This document shows, one piece after another, positions 51,451 through 63,900 of a DNA stretch of 64,000 nucleotides. Both the position numbers and the translations under genes were made by a program. How positions within the stretch are numbered: the first letter of the stretch is position 1; each line of letters opens with the position of its first letter. Origin of the DNA: Utricularia gibba (lineage: Eukaryota; Plantae; Magnoliophyta); NCBI GenBank assembly GCA_002189035.1, contig CM007989.1, forward strand, positions 4,960,001-5,024,000. Reading direction: 5' to 3'. The notes beneath the pieces were generated by a model, which was not told where the DNA came from, ran no database searches, and saw nothing but the letters and a program-made list of their open reading frames with translations.

Positions 51451-52429
51451 GTAAATAACCAAAAGTTGTAGTGCGAAAACAAGTGTAAGAAAAAGTCTAA
51501 TTCAAATTGTTCCAAGTTTCTTTTAAGTCACTTCCCATGTTCTTTTCGTCATTCTTTCTATTTTGCGTGCACAACCAACTTTCCCATTCATGCAAGTAAG
51601 CGTTCAATCATGATTGTAGACTTTGATATGTTGTAAATCAAGGGCCCTAATTAGTCTCAATCTTCGGTACACAATTTGCTCCAAGTCATGTGCAAGTCAC
51701 GAAATGTCAGCATTTGGTCTCCTACAAGTCTTCTAAAACACTCCAAACTTGACTCTAGACAATTGATGAAAACACATGAAAAAGATAACAAAAATATATA
51801 CAATAATTGAATTTTTATAATAAAATAAAATATTTATCAATATAATTCTTAATTTGGATGATTTAATTATAAATTAACACATAATAATACATAATAAAAA
51901 AGTAGAAAATGACACTTAACAAAGTATAAAGAATTTTATTAAAGAGAAGAAAAAGAAGTTTTACAAGGGTTGCATAGAATATAGAATCCTTTTGTCTTCA
52001 ATCTTTCTCCTATTTATAGGGAAACCCGATTGACCGATTTATGAGGGTGTCAATTACTTTTTACATCTGGTGCAAGTGCTCCTACTGACATATAATCATC
52101 GCCTATTCTAGAGCTTTTGCAAGTAGAACACTTTTTAGATTCTGTTAAAACGGCTGACATTGTCATATTCAAACCCCTATCGGCTCTAGCAACTGTTACA
52201 TGTTGTCAAAAGTCATCTCCTTCCCCAGAATGATTTCATCCACTGAGTATCGATTTAATGTCCTATCCTTCAACAGATTTACGTATCCTTCTTATAATCG
52301 TTTGCATATGGTATATACTAATTTCTTATTCCATCAAACTTGATTGTCTACTGATATTGCATGTTCGGATAGTCAAGTATTCATTAGATGGCTGTGTTTA
52401 CTCAATTTTGGATGTTCTAGAAAGCTTGC

Positions 52430-52710
52430 AATTGAAAAAGTTTAAGTTAGAACTTTACTTGGAAGAAAAACTGTTTTGAGTTAAAAATGAAGAAGAATCC
52501 TTAAAATTTGATATGTTGCATTAATAAGAAGCAAATAAACTGAAATACAAGATATTATCATCTATGTCATGTGACATTTTATCTATTCCTTTTATTATTG
52601 TTGCATCGAAATAAAATTTCAGTATTTAAGAAAGGGTTTTTTATCCATATTATGGTTCTTTGTTGAAAGAGAATGTTGAAGTTCTTTTATGATGTGGTGA
52701 TTGGGTTCGT
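52430..52710 (+). mobile_element. hAT transposase C-terminal dimerisation domain, piece 3 of 3
   Basis: KLELYLEE...FDML...ANKLKYKILSSMSCDILSIP..VAS..FS...YPYYGSLLKENVEVL, compared with the consensus WWK...YPILS.MARDILSIP.TTVASES.FS. gagctc/ctcgag-rich subterminal-like sequence follows at 53140-53330. Confidence 0.8.
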
Positions 52711-53403
52711 CATCTTTATGAGATTAGAAAATCCAAATTGGTACGAAAGTTTTGATTTTCATTCAATATCAATAACTATATTTTTAATTCTAATATTGTT
52801 CATCACATTTTATTCAAGTGGAGAAGAATATTTGAAATTTATTTTATTTGATCATAAAACTTAATTGTGAAAGGTTAAAACTTGGAAGAAGAACCTTTGA
52901 TAATTTATGGTTGTTCTTGTTACATAATTTCTGAACTTGTGAGTTATGACTTATGATTTTGTAAGTTGGGACTTTTGACTTTGATTTCATTGGTATTAGA
53001 AACTTCGGTTTAGTTTTTCTAATAACTTGGTTTAGACTTTTCCATAAACCCTATTTGTTATAGTTGGTTTTAGAACTCAACAGATTGGATCGAAAATCAG
53101 TAAATCAAAAGACAGTAAACACTAAAGTCTGAATCTGCTGCGAGACTTGAGTTCTACTCAAGCTTTCGAACCTGTTTGACCCTGAGTCGGGGTTTGAGCC
53201 TATTCAGAGCTCAAGCTCGATCACAGGTTAGCAGGTTTGGTTCGAGTTTGAGCTCCGCTCGAGCTCATTTGAAGGTGGGGGAGTCGAGTTAACCACAGCG
53301 AAAGCTCAGTTCTACTCTGCTCAATTACAATGATTGAGGCCCAGCCCATGAAGTGAGGCATTATTAGGCTCACTTGTCACATTGCTTTTGAGGACGATAT
53401 GGC

Positions 53404-55466
53404 ATGGCGGGCTTGTTGAGCTCGCGGGACATAAGAAGGCTGCTGAAAGCTTCATCTCATGCCAGAAGTGTCACACACGGTAAAGCTGTTCATGCCCATC
53501 TCCTTGTATCTAATCGAGTCTCTCGGAGCCGGGTGGTAGAGAGAAATTCTTTGATTAATCTGTATTCGAAATGTGGGGACATGAGGAACGCACGTCTTAT
53601 GTTCGACAAAATGTCGAAGAAGAATATTGTTTCGTGGGGCAGCATGATGGCTGGGTATTTGCATCATGGGCATGCTTTGGAGGTGATACGGCTTTTCAGA
53701 GACATGACGCAAGTATATAAATTGAGCGCTAATAAGTATGTGCTTGCTACCGTTGTTTCCTCCTGCTCTCATATGGGTTTACTGGAAGAAGGTATGCAGT
53801 GCCATGGGTATGCATTGAAGTCTGGGTTGATTTTTCATTTGTATGTAAAGAACGCGCTCCTGCACATGTACTCATCGTGTTTTGATATGAACTTGGCTAT
53901 AGAGATTCTAAATTACACTCCAATGTCAGATCTTTGCACTTTCAACTCGGTGTTGAAAGGGCTGTTGGATCAAGGGGCACTGACAGAAGCATACCCTCTT
54001 TTGCGGAAGATGGTGGTTGAGTGTAAGTATGAAGAGTGGGATATTGTAACTTTTATCAACATTCTAGGCTTTTGTAGTTCAATTAAAGATTTGAAATTTG
54101 GAGGACAGGTGCATAGTCGGGTACTGAAGGCTGGTGTGGACATGAATCTTTTTATAGGTTGTGCTGCAGTGGATATGTACGGGAAATGTGGTGAAATTTC
54201 ATCCTCCAGAAAATATTTTGATGGATTGCTTACTAAAAATGAAGTGACCTGGACGGCAATTTTGAATGCCTTGCTCCAAAATGAAGGTTTTGAAGAAGCT
54301 CTCAAACTATTTCTGGAGATGGAATCACAAAGTGTTGCACCAAATGAGTGCACGATTGCAGTAATTTTTGAAGGTGTGTGCTGGAATCCCAGCCATTGGA
54401 TTCGGAAACTCATTACATGCACGTGCTGAAAAGATGGGATGAAGGGTCATACCATTGTAGGAAACGCTTTAATTTACATGGCTTCAAGATGTGGCCTCGT
54501 TGAGGATGCTATTGAGTTATTCAGCAATATGCTGCATCGAGATGTCATAACGTGGAATTTGATGTTGTCTTGTTACGCATCTCATGGCTTGGCAGGGAAG
54601 CCTTGGACGTGTTTCATCAGATGTTAGCAACACAAGAACAGCCAAGTTCTATTACCCTTCTTGCAGTGCTCTCTGCATGCAGCGTCTCGGGATTAGTAGA
54701 CGAAGGTTTCTACTATTTGAGAAGTATGAAAAGGCAGTTTGGCATTGAACCTGGATTGGAGCACCACACTTGTATTGTGGGACTCCTTTGTAAGGTTGGT
54801 CGGCTTGAAGAGGCAGAGAGTTTCATGAGATCTCACCAGGTAAGCTGGGATGTTGTTGCTTGGAGAACCTTGCTTAGTGCTTGTCATGTTCATCGAAATT
54901 ATGGATTAGGAAAGCGAGCTGCTGATGCTGTAATGCTGATGAACCCTAAGGATGCGGGAACTTGTGTTCTGATGTCAAATATCTATGCAAAAGCAAATAG
55001 GTGGGACAAAGTTGTGGCTCTGCGAAAATGGATGAGAGGACGGAGCGTAAGGAAAGAACCAGGACTCAGCTGGACGGAGATAGGAAATGACACTCATGTG
55101 TTTATTTCAAATGACAAAAGCCATGTGGACTTCGTGCAGATATCTGAAAAGATAAAGAAACTGATCTCTGAAATTAAACTTCTGGGTTATTGCCCAGATT
55201 TTCTCTCCGAGCTTCATGATATTGAAGAGGAGCAAAAAGAAGATCAACTGACTTATCACAGTGAAAAGATGGCATTAGCATATGCCCTTCTTAAAACACC
55301 TCCCGGGTCGCCCATTCGTGTCATGAAGAACCTTCGAATGTGTGATGATTGCCATTCCGCGGCAAAGTTCATTTCCAAGTGCACCAGTAGAACTATAATT
55401 ATTCGGGATATAAACCGTTTTCATAGTTTCAGAGCCGGGAGCTGCTCATGTTCTGACTACTGGTAA
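53404..55466 (+). CDS. PLS-class E-DYW pentatricopeptide repeat protein (At5g39680/EMB2744-like), three apparent 1-bp frameshifts
   Basis: Intronless PLS repeats, PG box (KEPGLSW) and a DYW deaminase domain with HSEK, CDDCH and terminal CSCSDYW*. Frame breaks at 54365-54369, 54436-54438 and 54591-54592. Orthology is from recalled similarity. Confidence 0.92.
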
Positions 55467-56063
55467 ATTCACGTAAAGGGAAGGTGAATAATCCCCCACA
55501 CCGTCTTAACCCTCAAGCTTTCACATGGAATTACTTCATCCTTAAGTAAGATTGCTGTGTACATTTCTCCTTTGCTGCAGGCTCTCTCTGTCCAGTTAAG
55601 TACTCTTGGTGATTTTGCAGAATCAAGGATCGGAGAAGCAAAGAATGAGAAGAGAAGCAATAAAAATTTCAGGCGGCTTGTACTTACAATCATATCCTAA
55701 CAAAAACAACTTAGCAACTGAAATACTGCTATTTGCAAGTCATAAACTTCAGCAGGCATTCTCAACCGCGGGACTTTCCAGTTGAAGCTTAAGAATCCTA
55801 CAAAATTGGTTCCCACTCTGTTTATATGTTATCACACATGGTTGTGCAGATTACTCATGTGATAGCGCCTGGTCATGCCTTCGTACTCCTCCCCCAGGTA
55901 TGCTTCTCTTATCAGTGATTATTTATTTTGTTCCACGTTTTTCCATCTATGGGACAAAAAGCCTCTTAGGGAATGGCTTAGCTTAGTTCAGCCGCTCCTC
56001 TTTGCTAGAATTGAGATAGAGTAAAGGAAAAGGAAAGCTTGTTAATACTAGCATGTGGATATG

Positions 56064-56651
56064 TCAATTTTGCTCCATTAACTTTACAAATTCATCGAAA
56101 TCTATCCTTCCGTCATCGTTCTCATCAAACACCCTAATCATTCTCATGCAGTTGACTATCTCAACACCTTCCCGAAATCCCAGGTTGCAGAGAATCTGTT
56201 GCAACTCTTCTGCATCAATGAACCCGTCTCCATTCTTGTCGAAGGTATCAAAAGCTTCTTTGACTTCATCCATACCAGGAATTTCCTCGTCAAATATCTT
56301 ACTCATAGCATCAGCATCCAGTGTCTCAGGAAGCTTTTTCCCGTCTTCTGACCCTCTCAAAAATCCTAAGCTTCTCAAAACAGTCTCTGTATCTGCTCTG
56401 CTCAAGCTCAAGCTCTCATCGGCACTCTTCGATTGATTCGTGGAGGGCTCATCAGTAGAACCATGACGAGATACCACCATCTGCGACTTTCGCAAGTCCC
56501 TTGACCCCCATATAATCCTGCTTATCCTTTCCGTGACCATGAAAAATGGTACTGATAATGATTTTTTCAACTCCAGGATCAGGAAAATGAGCAGGGCTTT
56601 GGGCATGAAGAATCGCTCAATGGGAAGCTCATACGAGTTACATGGCGACAT
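56064..56651 (-). CDS. Calmodulin-like EF-hand protein (CML45/46-like), 195 aa
   Basis: EF hands FDTFDKNGDGFIDAEEL and FDENDDGRIDFDEFV with a hydrophobic N-terminal segment. The first ATG after the TATA-like tttatatata (~56758-56767) is at 56651; the longer 292-aa ORF begins upstream of the TATA box. Confidence 0.9.
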   Translation of the reverse strand: MSPCNSYELPIERFFMPKALLIFLILELKKSLSVPFFMVTERISRIIWGSRDLRKSQMVVSRHGSTDEPSTNQSKSADESLSLSRADTETVLRSLGFLRGSEDGKKLPETLDADAMSKIFDEEIPGMDEVKEAFDTFDKNGDGFIDAEELQQILCNLGFREGVEIVNCMRMIRVFDENDDGRIDFDEFVKLMEQN

Positions 56652-56757
56652 CTCCGTTGAATCTTCTGCAAAGGTGAGGAACTGGAAAACAGAATGCTGA
56701 AAGGCAGAGTTTCCTTGTGTCCTTTTTTTCTGGAGGAGATTGTGAAGGCATGATGAT

Positions 56758-56823
56758 GTATATATAAACCCCACAACGGGGAGGAAGTCCGGGTCCAAGA
56801 ATTCAGCCAACGGGAAGCCGCGT
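56758..56823 (-). promoter_or_regulatory. TATA box and CAMTA-type CGCG box of the CML gene
   Basis: TATA-like element at ~56758-56767; CCGCGT/ACGCGG at 56818-56823, about 55 bp upstream of it. Confidence 0.55.
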
Positions 56824-58891
56824 GTGGAAAGCATCTGATCATGGGGAAAGTTGAAAGGCAAAAAACAAACAGTTCTCCAACAGTTTCGAGTTTCGTGGAA
56901 GTTTCGAGAATGGACTCCGTCGATCGACCGTTTCTCCTCCATTAATTAGGATTTAATTAGTCCTCATGGCGAAACTTCCGTCCGGCCACTGCACTTTCGT
57001 CGTACCTTCCACCCTGGGTGGGTCCCCCATCCGCCTAAATGCACTCTGCGAACTAATCATTTTTAAATATAAATTTTTTTATCGACATCATTTTTTATTT
57101 ATTTTAATTTCCTATGTTATACACAATATTGATGATTACGTTCTATGCCATGAACGTTGAGATAAGATTTTTTTGTAACTAAGGCACAAATTGGACAAGC
57201 AAGGGGTAATTGTGAAGAATAATTATTTTTCCCTTTTAAATTTAATAAATGATCATCCTCTTAATTTATTTTGATAAATTTTCATCTCACTTAAATATTG
57301 TTAAAATAAATTAAAATCTAAAAATTGGATTATTTCATTAGAGATAAATTTAATATTTTGTATTTTTATCTTAATTTTTAAACTAAACTGAGATAAACTA
57401 TTTTATTCAAAATTATTAACAAAATTCGATAAATCATTAAAAAAAATTATTTCAATTTGTAAAATAAATCACTTTGTATTTTTTGTTATTCTCTTACTCG
57501 ATTTTGAATAATTAATAATATATTATTGTTTTTGTATTTAAAATATATAGTATTAACAAAAATCTTATAGATAAGCAAGTTCTCTTGTTGGATTTGTATG
57601 TATTTTATAATAAAAAAGATTAATACATAGATTAATGATTAAATCATTAACTGGAATAATGATGTAATTAATCATAAAATTAAATAATACATATCATATA
57701 TTTATGTAAATATATAATAATTAATCATAGATTATGCATTAATATAAAGCATAATCTTTTTAATTTAAAAAAATATTAGGTGCTGGTTGTAACCGATGCT
57801 TCAAATTGTAAAATAAACCGGGCATCGTTCGCGTGAATGATTCATTGTTCATGTAGTTCAATCATTGTTTAAACTATAATTGAGTCGGTCGTCTTTTTTA
57901 AAAAAAAATTTATATTTTTTTATAAAAAAATAAAATTCGAATAGTTAGAATAGATGGTAATGTATTTTCTTATATTTTAAAACAGTTTCAATTTAATAAA
58001 CGGTTATTATGAATGATTTCTGTCCAAAACGCTTGAACTATTTTTAAAACATCAATTAATGTATAATATATATTATTTAATTATATCATTTTTTATTATG
58101 TGGGTACGATGAGTGAATTATCATTAATAAATTGATTTAATTTTTAAATTTAGATAAAATCGTTTTTTAAGAATTTGTAATTGATATGACGATTTTTAAA
58201 AAACAATTAAGATGATAGTCATTTCTTAAATTTAAGAAGAAAGAGATGATTATTCTTCAAAATATCAACATCATGTCAAGACTATGTTCAATAATGCACT
58301 TATCTTTAATATTCATGAAAATTCATGTATTTATAGGAATCCTTCACCCGCTTTGAATGTAGGTGTTCCGAAAAGGTTTTTTAGAGCCTTCTCGAAGAGA
58401 CATTCATGTTAAAGAGAGAACTTGAACCTTTCGCACCCATGTTTGGTATTGTTATTCTGTTTCAGTCGCTTGTTATGTTGTTTTATCCAGTTATTGAAAT
58501 TAAACTAATTTACCTACTGTCTTATGCATCTTGGATTTTTTCTTTAGGTTTCAGATTACCAAAGTTTATGTTTTTTGTTTTTGTCATAATCATTACATCA
58601 ATCCTACACACAACTTTTGCTATGATATGTATTATCATGGTTTACCATATTTATAGTTAGTACATATGATAGATAGATTATATAGTAGGTAATATATATG
58701 GCATATTATCATAATATATGTTTTTTCCATAATTATAGTTAAGTTAGATCATGTACATAAACATGCATTGAGATTAATGAGAAACTACCGTCCCCTCTCC
58801 ATTAATCTTGATGAATTCTTCAGACTAATGACTATGCTTAAAATCTGCAACTTGAATGCATATTTGACACTAGAATTAAAAAATAATGTAA

Positions 58892-58911
58892 TTATATATA
58901 TATATATATAT
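58892..58911. repeat. (TA)n microsatellite
   Basis: Uninterrupted TA run. Confidence 0.9.
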
Positions 58912-59539
58912 TTATTTACATTCATATTGATGTGATCCAATTACGATAATTTGGCATATTTAATAAGTCAAATGATAGTAATTCTATAAATACATAGAAA
59001 TAATCAAAATATTAAATAAATATCATTTCGACAGGAAATTTATTATTGGATTTTCTAAAAAATAATTCAAAATAAACAATAACAAAACGAAATCAAGCAA
59101 TTTTAAAAATAATAGAAATAAATACTTTGGATCAAGGATTTACCATGCTAAAATTGGCCTATATGTGTGTATGCAAATATTGAGAACTTACTTGTTTGAA
59201 CAAGTTTTTGGAATGTTATTCTAAAATAATATTTACTTTATAAGCATTATAGCATCATCTTTCGTTTAATGTAATTATATAATCAACTATACCATCAAAG
59301 TTATGTCACCTTTTATAATAACACATATTTCTCCACACTCGATTTAAACCTTTACACCCTACACTCACATAGATAGATTAGATAGAATGTACTTTATTAA
59401 TAATATTCGATTGAACTCTTCCTCTTAAATGTTTGAGATAAATCCAAAATTTTTATATATTCCCTTACGATTTTATGGTACTTAACAAATTCGTTGGTAA
59501 AGAAAACAATGTGATAAATAAAATCAAACCTCAAATTAG

Positions 59540-61130
59540 TGATAAGCAATTTTGTGTCATTCTAAAACATGATTTTTTATTATTCTTAAATATTTTTTTT
59601 ACATATCTTAAACTCTACATTCTTATCAAGTTCAATTCATTTTGTATATTTTACATTACTTTGATCTTTTTAAAAAGAAAATGTATTTGTGGATTTTTAA
59701 ATCATTTTTGGATCACTTTGACCAGAAATCAAGAACTAATAATTTATGGGTTTGATGTGCCATAAATCCTAATCAAGATTCGGTCAACAATGAAGATTCA
59801 ATCCAAGATTCATGGATAAAATAAAAATTTGAAGATAATATTTAAAGATTCAAATAAAATATTTGGATAAAATATCTTATTCAAATCCATTAAATATGTT
59901 TAATACGAAAATTTAAATCTTATCTTCTATGAACACTCTAATCTATCAACCATTATAGATGTCTTTTAACTACTTTTTTTCTTATATTTTTTCCTATTTT
60001 CATATTAGAGTCAAACATGCATGTGTAAACGCTTGTGGGTAAGGATATGCAAAGAAGTTTTGCTTGTGCAAGTCTTGTGTATGTAACTATTTTACTATTT
60101 TATTCAATATTTAATTTGAAATTTGATTCTATTTTTCGTGATTTTTTTTTTTACCAACATGGTTTTTGGTATCATATAACCTCATGTAAGTATGGGAAAA
60201 GTACAATGGGACATCATTGGTGTAAGGTGTATTAATTATATTTGAATGCGAGGAAAACATGAATTATCATAAAGAATAAAATAGCTCTATTGGTATGGTT
60301 GATTCTATAATCTCACTAAACGAGGTATATTGTTATAATGATAGTCAAGTAACTTTATTTTAAAATAATACTCCTATGACTTGAGCAAGTGGGTAAGTGT
60401 TCAAAGTTTATACATACAAGTATAGACGAGTTTTGAGTAAGGTGACACCTAGATTTAAAATCACTTTTTATATTAATTTTAAAATTAAACTTTTATTTTG
60501 TTTTCGTTTTTGTTGGGTCATTATTTTAAAGCAAAATCCAATAATAATTGCATATAGATAAGATCTTATTTTATTATTTTGAAGATTGTTGTGTGATTGC
60601 ATAATTATCATCAATTAGCCACAAGCACCTATATTCATATACTTGATTCTAACATGAAAATAAAAATGAAAACATGAAAAAATAAAATGGAACAACGATT
60701 AAAGATCTCTCTAATAACTAAGAAAGTAGATTATTTGTAAGAGAGAAGATTTGAATTTTATGATGACTTGGTCAATGAATTTAGATAAGATGTTCAATCT
60801 AAATTTTTTATCTAAATCTTTCATAATTATTTTTAAATTTTTATTTTATCCACGAATTTTAAATCAAATTTTCATTCTTTGATCTAGTTTTGGCTGAAAT
60901 TCATGTCCTAAGAAACTCATAGATTTTAGGACTTTTATTTCTCATCAAATTAATTTGAAAGATACCTTTAAAATCCATAAAATACATTTTCTTTAAAAAC
61001 ATTGATATATAAGCTGTAAAATAATTTGAAAATAGTGAAAAAGTAAAATATAAGATAAATAGAAACAATTATGAATAATAATGAAAAAACACGTTTTAAA
61101 AAATTACACAAAATTACTTACTATCAAGTT
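59540..61130. mobile_element. Non-autonomous foldback/MULE-like element with ~550-bp imperfect inverted arms
   Basis: ~59545-60100 aligns by eye with the reverse complement of ~60530-61125, e.g. gcaattttgtgtcattctaaaacatg versus gtaattttgtgtaattttttaaaacgtg, and the shared ggataaaataaaa. No TSD identified. Confidence 0.65.
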
Positions 61131-62058
61131 CAAATCTATTAATAACATAATAGTAGTATGTGATTAACCATTACACTTTAAATTTGAGACTATTCGATAT
61201 TATTTTAATTTGAATTTTCTGGATCATGAACCCACTAGAGTTTATCCATCTTCGCCTATTTGCATAATTCTTTGTTTTCAGCCGAATCATGGGTATAATA
61301 AATAAAATAATGCGTCGTGGTGTGGTGAATGAATTATTTTATTTATTTGTTTTTGTTTGGTTGTTTTGTGAAATCTAGGCAAGCGAACAAAAGTGCTTTC
61401 ATGACTAGTGACATTGTAGCTGCGGCTACACCCACAGCCTTAGCCTACCACACTGCAGGGCATCTGCATTTGCATCCAGACCTCCAACCAGGATTTGATA
61501 TTTTTTCCTTTTTACAGGGGGTCCCACCGCATTTACATTTTAACTGTCCTAAAATATCAATAAATTGCACATTTATAGGATATTTGATCTTTTATAATAT
61601 GACATTCTTGTAATATCTTTTACGTTTTCTATAAAATTTTATCACATATGATAATAATATATTATAAATGTTGAAATTTTAAATCATTATTTTAAATAAT
61701 TGTTGTAGAATTATATTGTTTATAATTTTGTGTTATTATTCTATTCAAACAGTATAATTTTTTTAAATCATAAAAAATAAGTATAATTTAATATACTTGA
61801 ATTAAACAATATATTTTTATTAATTAATTTATATACAGAATATTAGAATCTCACACAAATTGTTTCATTCAATACTTGCACACCCATTTAAGTTATTCAA
61901 TTTCATTATTTTCAATCTCACCCCAAGTCAAAAATTCATATAAATTGCTCTAAGCTACGAAAGGAGCCCATGAGCCATGAATAAAGTTTAGCAAAATATA
62001 CAACAACGTCCTATATAAACTATAATATTTTATTTTATTTTTTCAATATGATACATAC

Positions 62059-62080
62059 ATATATATATATATATATATAT
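62059..62080. repeat. (AT)n microsatellite
   Basis: Uninterrupted AT run. Confidence 0.9.
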
Positions 62081-62449
62081 TAATAAAAATTCTAACTAGT
62101 TGCTCTACCTAAGGATTTCTTTTTCGATGAGATTTTAAACGTTTGTTTGTTAATGTTTCTAACAAAATAGAAATGGATTCTTTGCAATTTTTGTAAAAAT
62201 GTCTAAGTTTTTACTTTTTTTTGAAGCAAAATTACTTTTAAAAACAAAAGTAGTTTTAAAGAGGATCTAAATCATACTCTTACCACCTTTATAATGTATT
62301 TGATATGATAGATTAATTGGGGCGAGACAATGTCATTGTAGCACACTTAATGTTTTTGCATTGGCTTTACATTAAAAAATGAGATTAACTAATGAGAGAA
62401 GACAAAATGTATCTATCTTTGATTTCATGTTTAATTCAAACCAAAATGG

Positions 62450-63900
62450 AAAAAAGTGAACCCGAATTACAACATTGAGGGTATTGGTTTGAACACAAGA
62501 AATTGAAGAAGAAATTACAATAATAATCAAGAGGATAAAATGAGAGTTTAGAGGTCTTGAACAAATTGAGAAAGTGAAGAGCTATTTTATGTTATTTCAC
62601 TTTTTTCCTATTATAATCAAGTTTGAAATCATAATTTACAATATAGGTAATATATTAAACCAAACATACTTCAATACTTCATCTCATGATGAGTCTAGAA
62701 CATAAATAAGACTCATCTTATCACATAAAAACATCTGTTTGGTGAAACTTATGCCTTTAGTTAAAGTGTTGGCAAATTGCTCTTTAGAGGGCACATGCAT
62801 CATCGTGAGTTGACCCTTGGTGACAATGGTGATTATTGATTGATAATCACATCTCAAGTTCATAACTTTATCCCTCAACAGTTTGAGCTATGTGACCAAT
62901 CTTTGGACCAATACCATCTCATATACATTCAGCACCATAGCATGATATCCAATGATAATTGTTGATCACACCACCACATTTTGTTTCTTGCTTCTCCAAC
63001 TTATGTCATTTCCACCAACAAATGCACAAAAGTCAGAGGTTGAGCGTTGATCATCATGATTATTTGCCTAATTTTCATTATAGTATTCTTCAATCTTAAG
63101 ATGACCCTTAGGTTTGAACTAGATTACTTTTCATAGATTCCATTTAAGACATCTAAGAATTAGTTGCACTACTGTCATGTGTTTATCTCTAGGATCATAC
63201 ATATATCGGCTGACCACACTAACAACATAACATTTTTTTTTGTCAAGTATGATAGATAAATTAATTTCCTGACTAACCTTTGATACAACTCGTTGTTGAC
63301 TAGTGTTCCTCCCTCCATAGTGAACCGTAGGTTCTATTCAACACGTTCATGCTGCCTTACAATACTACATTTTTGTTTCAACAAGAAGTTCCATAACATA
63401 CTTATTCTTAGAGATGATGATACCCTTAGGTGACTTCTTCACCTCAATGCCTAAAAAACAGCCAAGGTGTCATACCTCAAACTCCTTAGTTGTTTTTCTT
63501 TTTGTCAATTGGTCAGTCTTATCTTCATTATCACTTGTGATAAGAATCTCATCCACATATATTGCAAGAATAGTAATCTTACTTTGAGAATATCTAAAGA
63601 AAACAATCTAATTAGTCACACTTTGCTTATATTCCATAGAACATATAACTTGTGTGAACCGATCATACCATGCTGAGAGAGATTGTTTCAATCCGTATAA
63701 GGATTTTTTTAGCATAAAAACCTTCCCCTCAATTGGTGATATTACAAATCTGGGTAAGATATCCATATAAATTTCTTTCAGCAAGTTACCATGAGAAATG
63801 CATTTTTTACATCGAGTTGATGCAAGTTCCATCCAATTGCTACACATGAAAATGATATCCGAATAGTATTCATCTTAGCAATCGAAGGAAACTTTTTATT
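62450..63900 (-). mobile_element. Decayed Ty1/Copia RT-RNaseH 3' portion
   Basis: LKKSLYGLKQSLSAWYDRF, ILAIYVDEILIT, RKVSQEI...LTILDKK, QFANTLTKG; many stops and frameshifts. Confidence 0.88.

Noticed and set aside
23185-54600. Programmed ribosomal frameshifting or insertional RNA editing as an explanation for the broken GAUT and PPR frames
   Set aside because: There are no slippery heptamers or downstream structures, the indels sit in ordinary short homopolymers of unrelated genes, and no such mechanism is established for these plant nuclear families. Consensus error is much simpler.
56652-56942. 97-aa N-terminal extension of the CML ORF
   Set aside because: It runs through the TATA box and CGCG element; CML45/46-type proteins are about 200 aa.
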